64,000 bases of DNA from Cyanobacteriota bacterium (GCA_046045965.1 JBJOKS010000005.1:64001-128000), one strand, 5' to 3'. Shown: positions 32,071-41,860, counted from the first letter of the stretch. The notes: generated from the letters alone by a model not told the origin. Numbers and translations: made by a program.

Positions 32071-32628
32071 ATGTCTATCCAGTTTCGGTTTCACCCAGAA
32101 AAAGCTGTAGAAGCAGCAGCTATACTTATGAAGCTGCATGGTAAGCCTATCAAGTATTTAGGCTTGCTAAAAATGCTCTATATAGCTGATCGTATTGCAT
32201 TAGAAAGAATAGAACAGCCAATTACAGGTGATCACTATGTATCAATGGATTATGGACCTGTTCTTAGTGGTGTTTATGATCTAATTAAAGGAAAACCTAT
32301 TGATAATGCTCTACCTCTGTGGTCTGAGTACATTTCTCCTGGTGATAAGAACTTTGTTTACTTAGTCAAAGATCCAGGAAATGATGAACTATGCGAAGAG
32401 GAAGAGGAAATTCTGCAAGAAGTATATCAAACCTTTGGACATCTTAATCCATTTGATGTTGCTGAATGGACTCATGATTTACCAGAGTGGAAAGATCCTC
32501 ATGGTTCTGCTATTCCCATTTTAGTAGAAGATATTCTGAAAAATGTTGGTAAAAGTGAGGAAGAAATTGAGGAAATTAGACAAATAGCACTAAGGGAAGC
32601 ATATTTAGATGAGGTGCTAAGTGTCTAG
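32071..32628 (+). CDS. Panacea-domain (DUF4065/SocA-like) antitoxin
   Basis: LLKMLYIADR, YVSMDYGPV, WTHDLPEW motifs. Confidence 0.85.
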   Translation: MSIQFRFHPEKAVEAAAILMKLHGKPIKYLGLLKMLYIADRIALERIEQPITGDHYVSMDYGPVLSGVYDLIKGKPIDNALPLWSEYISPGDKNFVYLVKDPGNDELCEEEEEILQEVYQTFGHLNPFDVAEWTHDLPEWKDPHGSAIPILVEDILKNVGKSEEEIEEIRQIALREAYLDEVLSV

Positions 32629-33013
32629 TATTTCTATAAACATAGGAGATGTATTTTTAATTGATACACCTCCTAATGTCCAACATTTTTATGTCGCAAT
32701 TGCAAAAACTTCTGATAATAAATATTTATTTGTTAATTTAACCGACAAGAAAAATAACTCTGAAAGAGTTTGTGTTTTAGCACCAGATCCGAGTTTACCA
32801 AGTTTTATTAAAAAGGAATCTGTTATAGCTTACTATTTTGCTCGTGAAATGGATGCAAATGATCTTGCTATTTGTATAACTTCTGGTAGTCCTATTCCCA
32901 AAGATTGTTTATCTGCTGATATTGTTTCACAAATTCAACAGGGTGGATTGATTTCTAAGAAGTTGAAGAATAAATATAAAACTGCATTGAAAAAATTTTT
33001 AGGAGTTGATTAA
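32621..33013 (+). CDS. Putative toxin, PemK/MazF-like fold
   Basis: Overlaps the antitoxin by 8 bp; IGDVFLID...HFYV...FVNLT...FIKKESVI pattern resembles PemK-like proteins. Confidence 0.5.
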   Translation: MSSISINIGDVFLIDTPPNVQHFYVAIAKTSDNKYLFVNLTDKKNNSERVCVLAPDPSLPSFIKKESVIAYYFAREMDANDLAICITSGSPIPKDCLSADIVSQIQQGGLISKKLKNKYKTALKKFLGVD

Positions 33014-33017
33014 ATTA

Positions 33018-33281
33018 ATGTTAGTAATGGAAAAGGTTTATTTGAAAATCAAGAATAATTGGGAATTTACAGAAGTATGGATAGATCCGATGTTATCACC
33101 TCCATACATTCTGTTATTACTTTGTGACAGTGAGGGAAATTGTCAAATTTATGATCCTAAACAGGGTGATAAGGTTGTATTTTCTAGTAATAATTATGAA
33201 GCAGCTAAGTTATGGTTATTGGAAGATGAGTATGAACCGGTTGAAGGTAGGATCTTAGCTGGGGAATTAGTAAATTTTTAA
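33018..33281 (+). CDS. Small hypothetical protein
   Basis: Directly after the toxin with AGGAG at 33001; protein-like composition; start uncertain (33006, 33018 or 33027). Confidence 0.6.
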   Translation: MLVMEKVYLKIKNNWEFTEVWIDPMLSPPYILLLLCDSEGNCQIYDPKQGDKVVFSSNNYEAAKLWLLEDEYEPVEGRILAGELVNF

Positions 33282-33386
33282 TTTCGCGCAAAGACGCTAA
33301 GGAGCAAAGTCGCAAAGAAGGAAGAGGATTTAACCACGAAGACACGAAGGACACGAAGGAAGAAGAGAAAGATTTGCAGAAGTCTC

Positions 33387-33507
33387 GCAAGGAAATGAAT
33401 TTCCTTGCTAATAGCTAAAGTCATCTAAAGATGACTAAATAACTGGAAAATTTTTTTAGTAAACTTTAGTTTACTTTGGTTATTAGCCCGGAAATTCATT
33501 TCTGGGC
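33387..33507. repeat. Multi-hairpin palindromic element (REP/REPIN-like)
   Basis: Four hairpins: GCAAGGAAAT/ATTTCCTTGC, AGTCATC/GATGACT, AGTAAAC/GTTTACT, GCCCGGAAAT/ATTTCTGGGC, arranged symmetrically. Confidence 0.7.
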
Positions 33508-33543
33508 GGGTGTGGAAGAAAACAGATAACCCCGGAATGAACA

Positions 33544-33753
33544 ATGAATTTAGTTAATTATCAAGCAATGACTCTGAAAGAATTACGTCGTTATGTTCTC
33601 ACTCACAGAGAAGATATTGCAGCTTTTCAGGCTTATGTAGATCGTTCAAAGTCTGAAGGAAGGATGATTACTATTAACCCCAGTGATGAAAATTGGGAAG
33701 AGAAGGTAGAACAGATTATAATTAAAAATGAAATCTTGAAAAATCAAGAATGA
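33544..33753 (+). CDS. DUF6887-like small protein
   Basis: NYQAMTLKELRRYVLTHRED..AF motif. Confidence 0.65.
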   Translation: MNLVNYQAMTLKELRRYVLTHREDIAAFQAYVDRSKSEGRMITINPSDENWEEKVEQIIIKNEILKNQE

Positions 33754-33786
33754 TTGGCAATTGATAAAAATGAGATAAGGTGAATT

Positions 33787-34107
33787 ATGAGTAATACAAA
33801 ATCTGTGCGTCGTCGTCAACCAGGGAGAATTTTTCCAGAGTTGACAATACCACCGGAAGAATTAGCAAGAAGGGAAGCGGAAAGAAATGCGCGGGGAGAA
33901 AAAGCGCGGGTTGTTTTTAATCGAGTTCGTCCTGAATTAATTAATGATCATTACAATTGGTTTATTGTAATTGAACCAAATAGTGGTGATTATTTTATGG
34001 ATGTTGATGAAAGTGGAGCGGAGAAAAAAGCGAGGGAAAAATATCCTCAAGGTTGGTTGGTGACTTTTAGAATTAATGAAACGGGTGTTTGTGGGAGAAT
34101 ACGATAA
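33787..34107 (+). CDS. DUF5678-like small protein
   Basis: ELINDHYNWFIVIEPNSGDYF...FRINETGVCGRI pattern; AGGTG RBS. Confidence 0.55.
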   Translation: MSNTKSVRRRQPGRIFPELTIPPEELARREAERNARGEKARVVFNRVRPELINDHYNWFIVIEPNSGDYFMDVDESGAEKKAREKYPQGWLVTFRINETGVCGRIR

Positions 34108-34251
34108 CTGACATTAGGGTAAAATTAAGGTGACTAACTCTAAATTTCCTAATTTAAAACGATTAAAGAAAATGTAAATTTAGAAGCACGTTTTTGGAAA
34201 AGTTAGAGTAAAGCTATTCTTTATGAAGTTATGAAGAATTAACCGATTTTA

Positions 34252-35637
34252 TTAATCTGTATTTTTAAGAGAATTGAATAACGTATCTATTTTATTTTCA
34301 ATAGCATATAGTTTATGAGGAGGGAGTTTGCTGATAAATTCGTCGTAGTTCCAATCATTATCTAAAATCTCTCTTATTGTTTCTGCATAAGAGTAATATT
34401 TTTCAAATAATTTAATATCTTCTTCTGGGAAATTGAATGAAGCATTAAATGTACAGTCTATTTCTATAGATTGAAATGATTTATATAATTCATCTTCATA
34501 AATGACTGCGCCTGTTTTTAATCTATTTTCAATTATTGACCAAGCTGGATGACCATGTGAAATACCTGGTTGTACTGCTGAAGGTGAACAGGTAAAAATA
34601 AACTCGAATTTAAAATCTTTATTACTTAATATGAGTTTTGCTTTTGGAAAAAGATTATCTTCATATCGAATCAGTAACTCAGTATCTAACGGTACAGTGA
34701 AAGATGGATTGCCATCTCGATCAATACCATCAATTGCTAAATTCTTCACTTCTTCTCGCAAATCTCCATATAAAATTACATTTCCATATAAACTTGGTAT
34801 ATCATTTATAGAAATTTTTCTACAATTTTCTTTAAAATTAGCTTCTTGATAGTTAGATTTAACAGAAACATTTTTTTGATAAACAGGAGGTCTTCTTTTA
34901 ATATTTATTAACCAATAGTTCTGAAAATAAAAAGATAAGTTGTGTATCAACACATAGGGAGTGATTCCTAAAAAGAAAGATAGTCTTGATTTATTAAACA
35001 TATCATTAGTAAAGCTTGGTGTTTGAGAAATTTTTGATAAAATAGGACTTGTTACTGCATTATAGTTGTAATGGCATAGGGGTTGTTCTATTGGCGCGGA
35101 TACATTAAGAGAAACCTTATTATAGGTAATAAAAGTCCTACAATTATAAGTAAAATCTGCATCTTCTTGATGGGTAAATAACCATTGTAATTGGTAATCA
35201 CCCACAAGTCTTTTACCATGTCTAGTTCTAATATAATAAATCCTAGTTTTAATATCTATTCCTTCTTTTTTATTTATATAAGCATGAGGTATCTTGTGTT
35301 TTTTGGGAATGTTAATGATTAATAAATCACCTTCCTCTAATTCTAAAAAATTGATATTATATTCAATAATAGGACTAATTTGTGTATAACAAATATTATC
35401 TATCATTCCTTTATCTCTATCAATATCAAAAATATTCTTACCTTCAAGCTCTCCATTGTTTTTAGCACCTATTATTATCCTCCCACCTAGTCTATTGGCA
35501 AATGCTACAATTGCATAAGCTAAGTCTCTTCTTCCATCCTGATCTCTTAATATATCTGACTGTTTTAATTCATATTTTAAATTTTCTTTTTCGGGATGTT
35601 TTAAAATTTCCAAAACTTGTTGTTTGAGTGTTGACAT
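34252..35637 (-). CDS. Schlafen/AlbA_2-domain protein with unknown C-terminal domain
   Basis: ENLKYELK, AIVAFANRLGGRIIIG, IPH...YYIR motifs in the N-terminal ~150 aa. Confidence 0.8.
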   Translation of the reverse strand: MSTLKQQVLEILKHPEKENLKYELKQSDILRDQDGRRDLAYAIVAFANRLGGRIIIGAKNNGELEGKNIFDIDRDKGMIDNICYTQISPIIEYNINFLELEEGDLLIINIPKKHKIPHAYINKKEGIDIKTRIYYIRTRHGKRLVGDYQLQWLFTHQEDADFTYNCRTFITYNKVSLNVSAPIEQPLCHYNYNAVTSPILSKISQTPSFTNDMFNKSRLSFFLGITPYVLIHNLSFYFQNYWLINIKRRPPVYQKNVSVKSNYQEANFKENCRKISINDIPSLYGNVILYGDLREEVKNLAIDGIDRDGNPSFTVPLDTELLIRYEDNLFPKAKLILSNKDFKFEFIFTCSPSAVQPGISHGHPAWSIIENRLKTGAVIYEDELYKSFQSIEIDCTFNASFNFPEEDIKLFEKYYSYAETIREILDNDWNYDEFISKLPPHKLYAIENKIDTLFNSLKNTD

Positions 35638-35719
35638 TTTTTCCTTTATATTAATGTGACATACTGAATAGATAGAGTCACTAAAAATTATAGCTCTTTT
35701 CGGATAAAGCTAGTATAAA

Positions 35720-36694
35720 TCATTCCTCAATTAACCAACCTCGCTTTATTCCATGTTCAATTCCACCAGTCCAGTCCATTGTTAAATGCTTCCGTACCTT
35801 ATGAAATAAATGTTGTAATACAGTTGGATTAATTGGATTTTTAACATAAGTTTCTTCATACCTAAATTCTCGATCCGTATTTTTCTGCTGACGTAATACA
35901 TAAATCTGATCAACCTTGTACTTCCGAAGATTAACATCACTCGTCAACTTGATCCACTCCATTAATACAATATATAAACTATTTGGATTCCTGGCTTTTA
36001 AATCTTCTGCTGCTCTTGATGAACCTTCTAACATAGTCTTATCAAGATAAGTTTTACATTCAATGACAATAACTGGAATATCAAAAATATGAGTTTCTGT
36101 GTTACCTGTAACTGTAACATCTGAATAGTTGTCTGGTTCTTCTTTAATAATTGTCAGCATTTCACCTGAAGTTTCTTCTTCCGGTGGTGTAACTGCTTCA
36201 AATGATGCTTCAATAGTTGCACCAATCACAAAATCATGGTCTTTCTTTTCAATACGTGCATAGGGACGTTTCAACATTTCTGCATATTTGGGAGGAACAA
36301 AGAAAATATCTTTGAAAGTATGTGATTTCCCAATGAGCGCGTTTTCTCCAAAATCTTTTGCTAAATCTCGAAATAAATAATAGAGAAATTCCTCCAATAC
36401 ACTAGAGTGAAGATTGGAGCGAGAGTCAAACTTCTCAGCATAATGTTGTTGATCTAAAAAATCTTTATATGCGGATAAAAGTTCTACTCTTTGAGAAATA
36501 ATTGCATTATCATTTTCAGTAGGTGTTGATGTTGGTCCAACTAATTCAACGTTAGCTGAATGCCATTTATCATATTCAATTCTAATTTCTTGGAGAAATT
36601 TTCTGCTTTCAGCATCTCTATATTTTTTGCGGTGATTTTCTTTTTGTTCTAGATTTGAACCATGAACTAAAGGGTTTCTATCAGTTGTGGACAT
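35720..36694 (-). CDS. Bpu10I-family type II restriction endonuclease
   Basis: SSVLEEF, KDHDF, IECKTYLDKTML motifs; overlaps the MTase by 28 bp. Confidence 0.8.
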   Translation of the reverse strand: MSTTDRNPLVHGSNLEQKENHRKKYRDAESRKFLQEIRIEYDKWHSANVELVGPTSTPTENDNAIISQRVELLSAYKDFLDQQHYAEKFDSRSNLHSSVLEEFLYYLFRDLAKDFGENALIGKSHTFKDIFFVPPKYAEMLKRPYARIEKKDHDFVIGATIEASFEAVTPPEEETSGEMLTIIKEEPDNYSDVTVTGNTETHIFDIPVIVIECKTYLDKTMLEGSSRAAEDLKARNPNSLYIVLMEWIKLTSDVNLRKYKVDQIYVLRQQKNTDREFRYEETYVKNPINPTVLQHLFHKVRKHLTMDWTGGIEHGIKRGWLIEE

Positions 36695-37905
36695 AGCTCT
36701 AATTTTTCTTGAAGATGAATTGCAATTGCTTTAGCTAGAATGGGTGGTACAGCATTACCTATCTGATTGTACTGGCAAAGGAACTTTTCATTTAATCTAT
36801 TTTCCCTTTGTAATAACTTATGAGATACAACTGTTTTTTTTCCTAAAAAACGATAAGTATCAGGGAAAGATTGGACACGCGCACCCTCACGAGCGGTTAA
36901 ATTACGATGCTGGAAAGGGTGAATAAAATTTGCATAAAAGGACGCTGCTATCGTGTGTGCTGGTCTGTATGGATGTAACCTTCTATTGTTTTGATCGTAA
37001 GTTTTATTAGATAAGTCACCATTTCCACTACGACGTTTAGCACCATATTCTGTAGCAACATCTGAACTGGATTCACCCCATTTTATTTGTTTAAAACGTT
37101 CTACTAATCGCTGAGAATGTTCCATTGCTACATGATTGTAAAGAATTTTACTACCATTTCTAACCCAGTGCTGATATTGATTTTGAGATTCTGATATATA
37201 AGGTTGTTCTTCTTTACCTTCTCTTGCATTAAGTGGAGGTAAGTCTGATATTGCATCCCATAAGCTGATAGCAGGAAGTAAATGTATTTCTTCAAGGGAT
37301 AATTGCCATATCTTATTTTTTAATAAGTCTAGAGAATGGGTTTTTTGAAGACTACCTAATTTTTTACCTAGTTTGTTTCCAACAATAAAAACACGCTCTC
37401 TAACCTGTGGTACACCATATTCAGCAGAATTAAGTAACCATACTTCTACAAAATATCCAAGTTCTTCAAAAGTTTGTTTAATAATATCTATGACTTTTAA
37501 ACCTTCGCTATTTTTGCGTGAGAGTAAACCTTTCACGTTCTCTATCACAAATGCTTTAGGTTGAAGAAAACTTATCCACTGAGAAAAGTTAATGAATAAA
37601 GTATTTCTAGGATCATTTGGGTCTTTTCGTGCTGGACCAGCGACACTAAAACCCTGACACGGAGGACCACCAATAATAATATCCGGTTTGTATAAACAAA
37701 TTTCTTTAACACTACTTAAAGTATTAAAATTACGAATATCATCTTGAATTACTGTCATGTCAGGGTGGTTATAACGGAGAGTATCACACGCCCAAGCATC
37801 AATTTCAACAGAAAGGGGAATATTAAAACCTGCCATCGCAAAACCTAAACCAAATCCGCCAGCACCAGCAAATAAATCAATAGCAATAGGTTTGTTCATT
37901 TTCAT
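36667..37905 (-). CDS. DNA (cytosine-5) methyltransferase
   Basis: DLFAGAGG, GGPPCQGFS, ENVKG, QVRERV, REGARVQSFPD, QIGNAVPP. Confidence 0.95.
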   Translation of the reverse strand: MKMNKPIAIDLFAGAGGFGLGFAMAGFNIPLSVEIDAWACDTLRYNHPDMTVIQDDIRNFNTLSSVKEICLYKPDIIIGGPPCQGFSVAGPARKDPNDPRNTLFINFSQWISFLQPKAFVIENVKGLLSRKNSEGLKVIDIIKQTFEELGYFVEVWLLNSAEYGVPQVRERVFIVGNKLGKKLGSLQKTHSLDLLKNKIWQLSLEEIHLLPAISLWDAISDLPPLNAREGKEEQPYISESQNQYQHWVRNGSKILYNHVAMEHSQRLVERFKQIKWGESSSDVATEYGAKRRSGNGDLSNKTYDQNNRRLHPYRPAHTIAASFYANFIHPFQHRNLTAREGARVQSFPDTYRFLGKKTVVSHKLLQRENRLNEKFLCQYNQIGNAVPPILAKAIAIHLQEKLELCPQLIETL

Positions 37906-37987
37906 AAAGTTTTGATGTATTTAGCAATGAAATTATAAAGCAATTGTGGAGAAATTTCTTTAGCATAGCTTACCGAATGTATCGCTT

Positions 37988-38404
37988 TTACTCTTGAGAA
38001 ATATGAATTAACTCCCCAGGTAAAATCACTGGAATTTCTGAACCTAAAAATCCAGATAAATCACGAGTGACAATCACATCTACCATTGATTTCATAGCAC
38101 AAGCATACTGCATAGCATCTTCAAAATCTTGAAAATTTAAAGCTACTGCTGTTTCTAAAATATTTTTATCAACTGTGCAAATGTGTAAATCTGTGAGAAT
38201 TTGAGAAATTGCATCTTGAGCAACTGTTACACCTGCGGCTTTACGAATAATATAATAAATATTAGTAATTGTGGTAGCAGCAATAAACCCCGCAATCTCT
38301 CCAGCATCAATTTTAGCAAATAACCTTGCTGCGTCTTCTACAAAAGGTTCTCGTTCCAGTAAAAAATCTAGAACGATATTCGTATCAATAAAAATTCGCT
38401 TCAT
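37988..38404 (-). CDS. PIN-domain toxin (VapC-like)
   Basis: IFIDTNIVLD, DFEDAMQ, IVTRD. Confidence 0.88.
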   Translation of the reverse strand: MKRIFIDTNIVLDFLLEREPFVEDAARLFAKIDAGEIAGFIAATTITNIYYIIRKAAGVTVAQDAISQILTDLHICTVDKNILETAVALNFQDFEDAMQYACAMKSMVDVIVTRDLSGFLGSEIPVILPGELIHISQE

Positions 38405-38622
38405 TGGTATTTTTCAGTTAAATAAGTCGCATAATCTCCATTAATATTCTCATCACTAGAGGTATTTGCACCTTTAGCAATACCACGCAGTCTAGATAAA
38501 TTGCCCTTCTTTGATGCTGATATAGTTTCTTGTTGTATTGATTCTAATACAGTTTGTACCAATTGCCAGCGTTCACTCATTGGTAACTGTAATACTTGTT
38601 TTTGCAATTCTTGTAATGTCAT
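38401..38622 (-). CDS. Putative antitoxin of the PIN toxin
   Basis: 73 aa, ATGA overlap with the PIN gene; LRGIAK...YLTEKYQ tail. Confidence 0.75.
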   Translation of the reverse strand: MTLQELQKQVLQLPMSERWQLVQTVLESIQQETISASKKGNLSRLRGIAKGANTSSDENINGDYATYLTEKYQ

Positions 38623-38852
38623 GAGAAGATATCAAAAATTATTTATTTTCATTATATATCAATTTAGCTCGACTTTTTGGGATTCGTATTGGTTACAAAT
38701 TTGCTGTTTCTTTCTGTGGGGATATAGAGCTTGACTATCGGTGATAAAATTATGGTGTAAATGTGCGATCGCTCTTATTTTCTATCAACTAAAAAATAGC
38801 GATTGCTCGGAGCGCAGCGCCAGAGGCGATCGCCAATCCTAAATTTCCCCCT

Positions 38853-39605
38853 TTACTCCTCCACAGATGCTAACTTTAAAGGATACAATGGCTCAGATCC
38901 ATTTAATTGCCAAATCCTAAACACCAACGCAGAAGCAACCGTTAACCACACACAGGAGAAAGATAAAATCATTCCCGCTAAAGGAACGGTTTGCCAATAA
39001 ATTGCTGTGACAATAATTGCAGATAACCAGGGTCCTAAAATCACTACAGGAACAGCAGCACCTAATCTGCGTTCTACAGTAAAAATTGTATTCCAAGTAT
39101 CACCTACAGCTAAATGAATCACAAATAAAATGAAAGGTAATACTAAGAATTGATGATTTAATTCTTGCCAAATTAACACAGAAGAAATCACCCGTAAAAT
39201 AGCAATGAGCATCCAAACTATAGGAAATGCTAAAGGTGGGGGCGACCATCTAGGTCTAATTACTTGATCGTAAGTTGTTTGAGAACGGGTATTATCTAAC
39301 AGGGAAAAAATCCGGGAACGGATACTTAATAAAGCAAAAAATAAGGCAGTAACTACAGTGCTAACCCAACTAGGAAAGGAAGAATTACTATCAATTAAAT
39401 TGACTAATTTTTCCATTCCTAGTAATACTAAAATCATCGTTCCTATTTGCAGGATAGTTCCTAGTTTATAAACGATGACTGCTTTGATATCTAATTCTTG
39501 TGTAGCTACTGATGTATTTAGAGACTGTGCTGGATTTCCAGGTTTTACCCCCATCACTGTGTTGACAAACTGCTCAAGGATACTAATATTATTGGATTGG
39601 TTCAT
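38853..39605 (-). CDS. TspO/MBR tryptophan-rich sensory protein with N-terminal extension
   Basis: RPRWSPPPLAFPIVW, WNTIF, WLTVASAL motifs; multiple TMs. Confidence 0.82.
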   Translation of the reverse strand: MNQSNNISILEQFVNTVMGVKPGNPAQSLNTSVATQELDIKAVIVYKLGTILQIGTMILVLLGMEKLVNLIDSNSSFPSWVSTVVTALFFALLSIRSRIFSLLDNTRSQTTYDQVIRPRWSPPPLAFPIVWMLIAILRVISSVLIWQELNHQFLVLPFILFVIHLAVGDTWNTIFTVERRLGAAVPVVILGPWLSAIIVTAIYWQTVPLAGMILSFSCVWLTVASALVFRIWQLNGSEPLYPLKLASVEE

Positions 39606-39723
39606 AATTACAAGATTGCGAGTATTTGTTGATTACTAATAATAGGTTATTCTATATCCTTATAATGGTAAAGAAGAATAGTTTTTCATAGATATTAAAT
39701 AACTTAATCTTCCATTAATCTAT

Positions 39724-40656
39724 TCAATCTTTGCCAGATAAAAACCGACTTAATAAAGCAGCAATACCCAATGCTTTTGCCATTGATTTAGGATGAGAAT
39801 TATCGTGCTGTTGAATTTTCAGTATTTCTGCATATTTGAGAGCTAGAGGGTGCTTCGGGTTTAGTTTTAATGCTTGACGGATATAAACTTTAGCCATTCC
39901 TGTAAAGTTTTGTTGAAAATGTACCACTCCTAGTAAAGCGTAATGGTCACTGTTATTTGGTTCTAGTTTGATAGCATCCCGTAGTTCTTTGACAGCTAAA
40001 GTCCATTGTGCTTGTTGGTGATACTGAATAGCTCGTTCATAATGACGTTGCGCGTAGTTTATCCCAGCAGGTTGAGAATTGTTTTCTCCAGCTAATTTTA
40101 GTTCCGCTACTGGGACTTCTGGAAGAGGGACTATAGAAGTAGATTTATCTGTTGGTGTTTGTGTTTCCAGGAAATAATTTTTCTGCAACGATAAGTAAAC
40201 TAAATTGAGTTTACTGATCCGTTTAGTGATCTGATGTGATTGCTGAAGTGATTTATATTGGGCTGATGCGTAGGAAGTAATCGCTTTTTCATAAAATAAC
40301 TCGGCTTCTTGTGCAGACATTGACATAATATCCAGATTCAGGGCATTTTGAAAACTTAAAACCGTTTTCTCGTTCAAGCTTGCTGCTTTTGAGTGCAGTA
40401 TCCCTACTATGTTTTGTCGTTTTTTATCCTGCTTTAATTCCTGATAGGCTGGATTAATCAAACGTGTTAATATTATTCTTGCTAATTCTTTATCTGGGTT
40501 ATTTATATTGCTCAAATTATCAGGATGTAGTAGCTTGGCTAAAGTATGATAGCGTTTCAGAATCTGACGATCATCAGCATTCACAGAAACTCCTAACACA
40601 GCATAAGGGTCAACAAGTAATTCAAGTATTTCCGATGGCAGGGAGTTTTGTGACAT
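39724..40656 (-). CDS. J-domain plus TPR protein
   Basis: DPYAVLGV...LHPD; C-terminal TPR (AIKLEPNN, ALKLNP). Confidence 0.85.
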   Translation of the reverse strand: MSQNSLPSEILELLVDPYAVLGVSVNADDRQILKRYHTLAKLLHPDNLSNINNPDKELARIILTRLINPAYQELKQDKKRQNIVGILHSKAASLNEKTVLSFQNALNLDIMSMSAQEAELFYEKAITSYASAQYKSLQQSHQITKRISKLNLVYLSLQKNYFLETQTPTDKSTSIVPLPEVPVAELKLAGENNSQPAGINYAQRHYERAIQYHQQAQWTLAVKELRDAIKLEPNNSDHYALLGVVHFQQNFTGMAKVYIRQALKLNPKHPLALKYAEILKIQQHDNSHPKSMAKALGIAALLSRFLSGKD

Positions 40657-40943
40657 ATTTGTAATAATTGCAAATAAAAGCTTGAGGATACTATCAAAGA
40701 TAAATGCGGACTTTTTTGTAAATTTGGTTGCATGAATGCCAAAAGTTTGATTCTTATGTCTTTAGTTGGTTTTAGGGAATTTATCTAGCTGATCAGGGGT
40801 AGCTGAATGCTAGTAGCTAAAACCATACAATATATTGATATATGTGTTTTTGGAGCCAGATTTTACCATGATAAATTGATCTGAGTAATTTACTATTATA
40901 ACTGTTTGATTGTGGGAATTGTGATATTTGGAGATAGAGAGGG

Positions 40944-41321
40944 ATGATGTTAACCAAACACAAAAGTCGAAGCATTGCTGCTATTTTAGCCTTTTCTGGC
41001 ACACTGACAATTTCAGGATTACATAAATTTTACTTGGGACAGCCATTATGGGGAATTTTGTATGTATTGTTATCTTGGACACCAATTCCCAAAGTAGCTA
41101 GTGCTATAGAAGGGGTTTGGTATTTAGCGCAAGATGAAGAAGCTTTTAACCGAAATTTTAATTTTGGTGTATCAAAAGTGAAGATTTCTTCACATATAAG
41201 TGGTCAGGTGGAATCAGTAGCTAATGCTTTGCGTGAGTTAGATGCTCTGCGTCAAGATGGCTTAATTTCTGAGTATGAATTTGAGCAAAAACGTCGTCAG
41301 CTGTTAGACCAGATTTCGTAA
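40944..41321 (+). CDS. TM2/NINE-domain membrane protein with SHOCT domain
   Basis: GLHKFYLGQ; C-terminal LRQDGLISEYEFEQKRRQLL. Confidence 0.8.
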   Translation: MMLTKHKSRSIAAILAFSGTLTISGLHKFYLGQPLWGILYVLLSWTPIPKVASAIEGVWYLAQDEEAFNRNFNFGVSKVKISSHISGQVESVANALRELDALRQDGLISEYEFEQKRRQLLDQIS

Positions 41322-41329
41322 TTAATACT

Positions 41330-41860
41330 ATGACAAACTGGCTACCTTTAAATCTCAAATTGCAAAAACTCCGAGCCAAGCTGCTGAATGATCCCTACTA
41401 TCGTCTACAATCTGGGGAAGAAATTCAGATGGCCGCACAACTAGGTATGCGTATTGATGCTAATCAAGCAACTGTAGATGATTGGTTGCGTTTACCGGGT
41501 TTGTCTATTCACCAAGGGCGATCGCTGGTAGAACTATCACACTCTGGTGTGAAATTTTACTGCATTGAAGATATTGCTGCGGCTTTGAGTGTTCCTGTAC
41601 AGCGAGTAGAACCACTGAAGCCTCTGCTAAACTTTAATTACTATGATGACGAATCTCTAGCTAATACTACGCAAGTTAATCCAAATACAGCGACGGTAGA
41701 GAGTCTGGCAAAAATTCCGTTTATAGATTTGTCTCTGGCCGAAGCAGTGGTACAGAATCGCCTAACTGCTGGTTCTTACCGTAACTTGGTTGATTTTCAG
41801 CAACGGTTAGGACTATCTGGTGAGGCGATCGCTCAGTTAATGTATTATCTGCGGTTTTAG
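41330..41860 (+). CDS. ComEA-like helix-hairpin-helix DNA-binding protein
   Basis: IDANQAT...LPGL and VNPNTAT...IPFI HhH repeats. Confidence 0.78.
   Translation: MTNWLPLNLKLQKLRAKLLNDPYYRLQSGEEIQMAAQLGMRIDANQATVDDWLRLPGLSIHQGRSLVELSHSGVKFYCIEDIAAALSVPVQRVEPLKPLLNFNYYDDESLANTTQVNPNTATVESLAKIPFIDLSLAEAVVQNRLTAGSYRNLVDFQQRLGLSGEAIAQLMYYLRF

Noticed and set aside
31880..38760. Prophage or integrative element explaining the defence island
   Set aside because: No integrase, phage structural gene, tRNA target or att-like terminal repeat was seen
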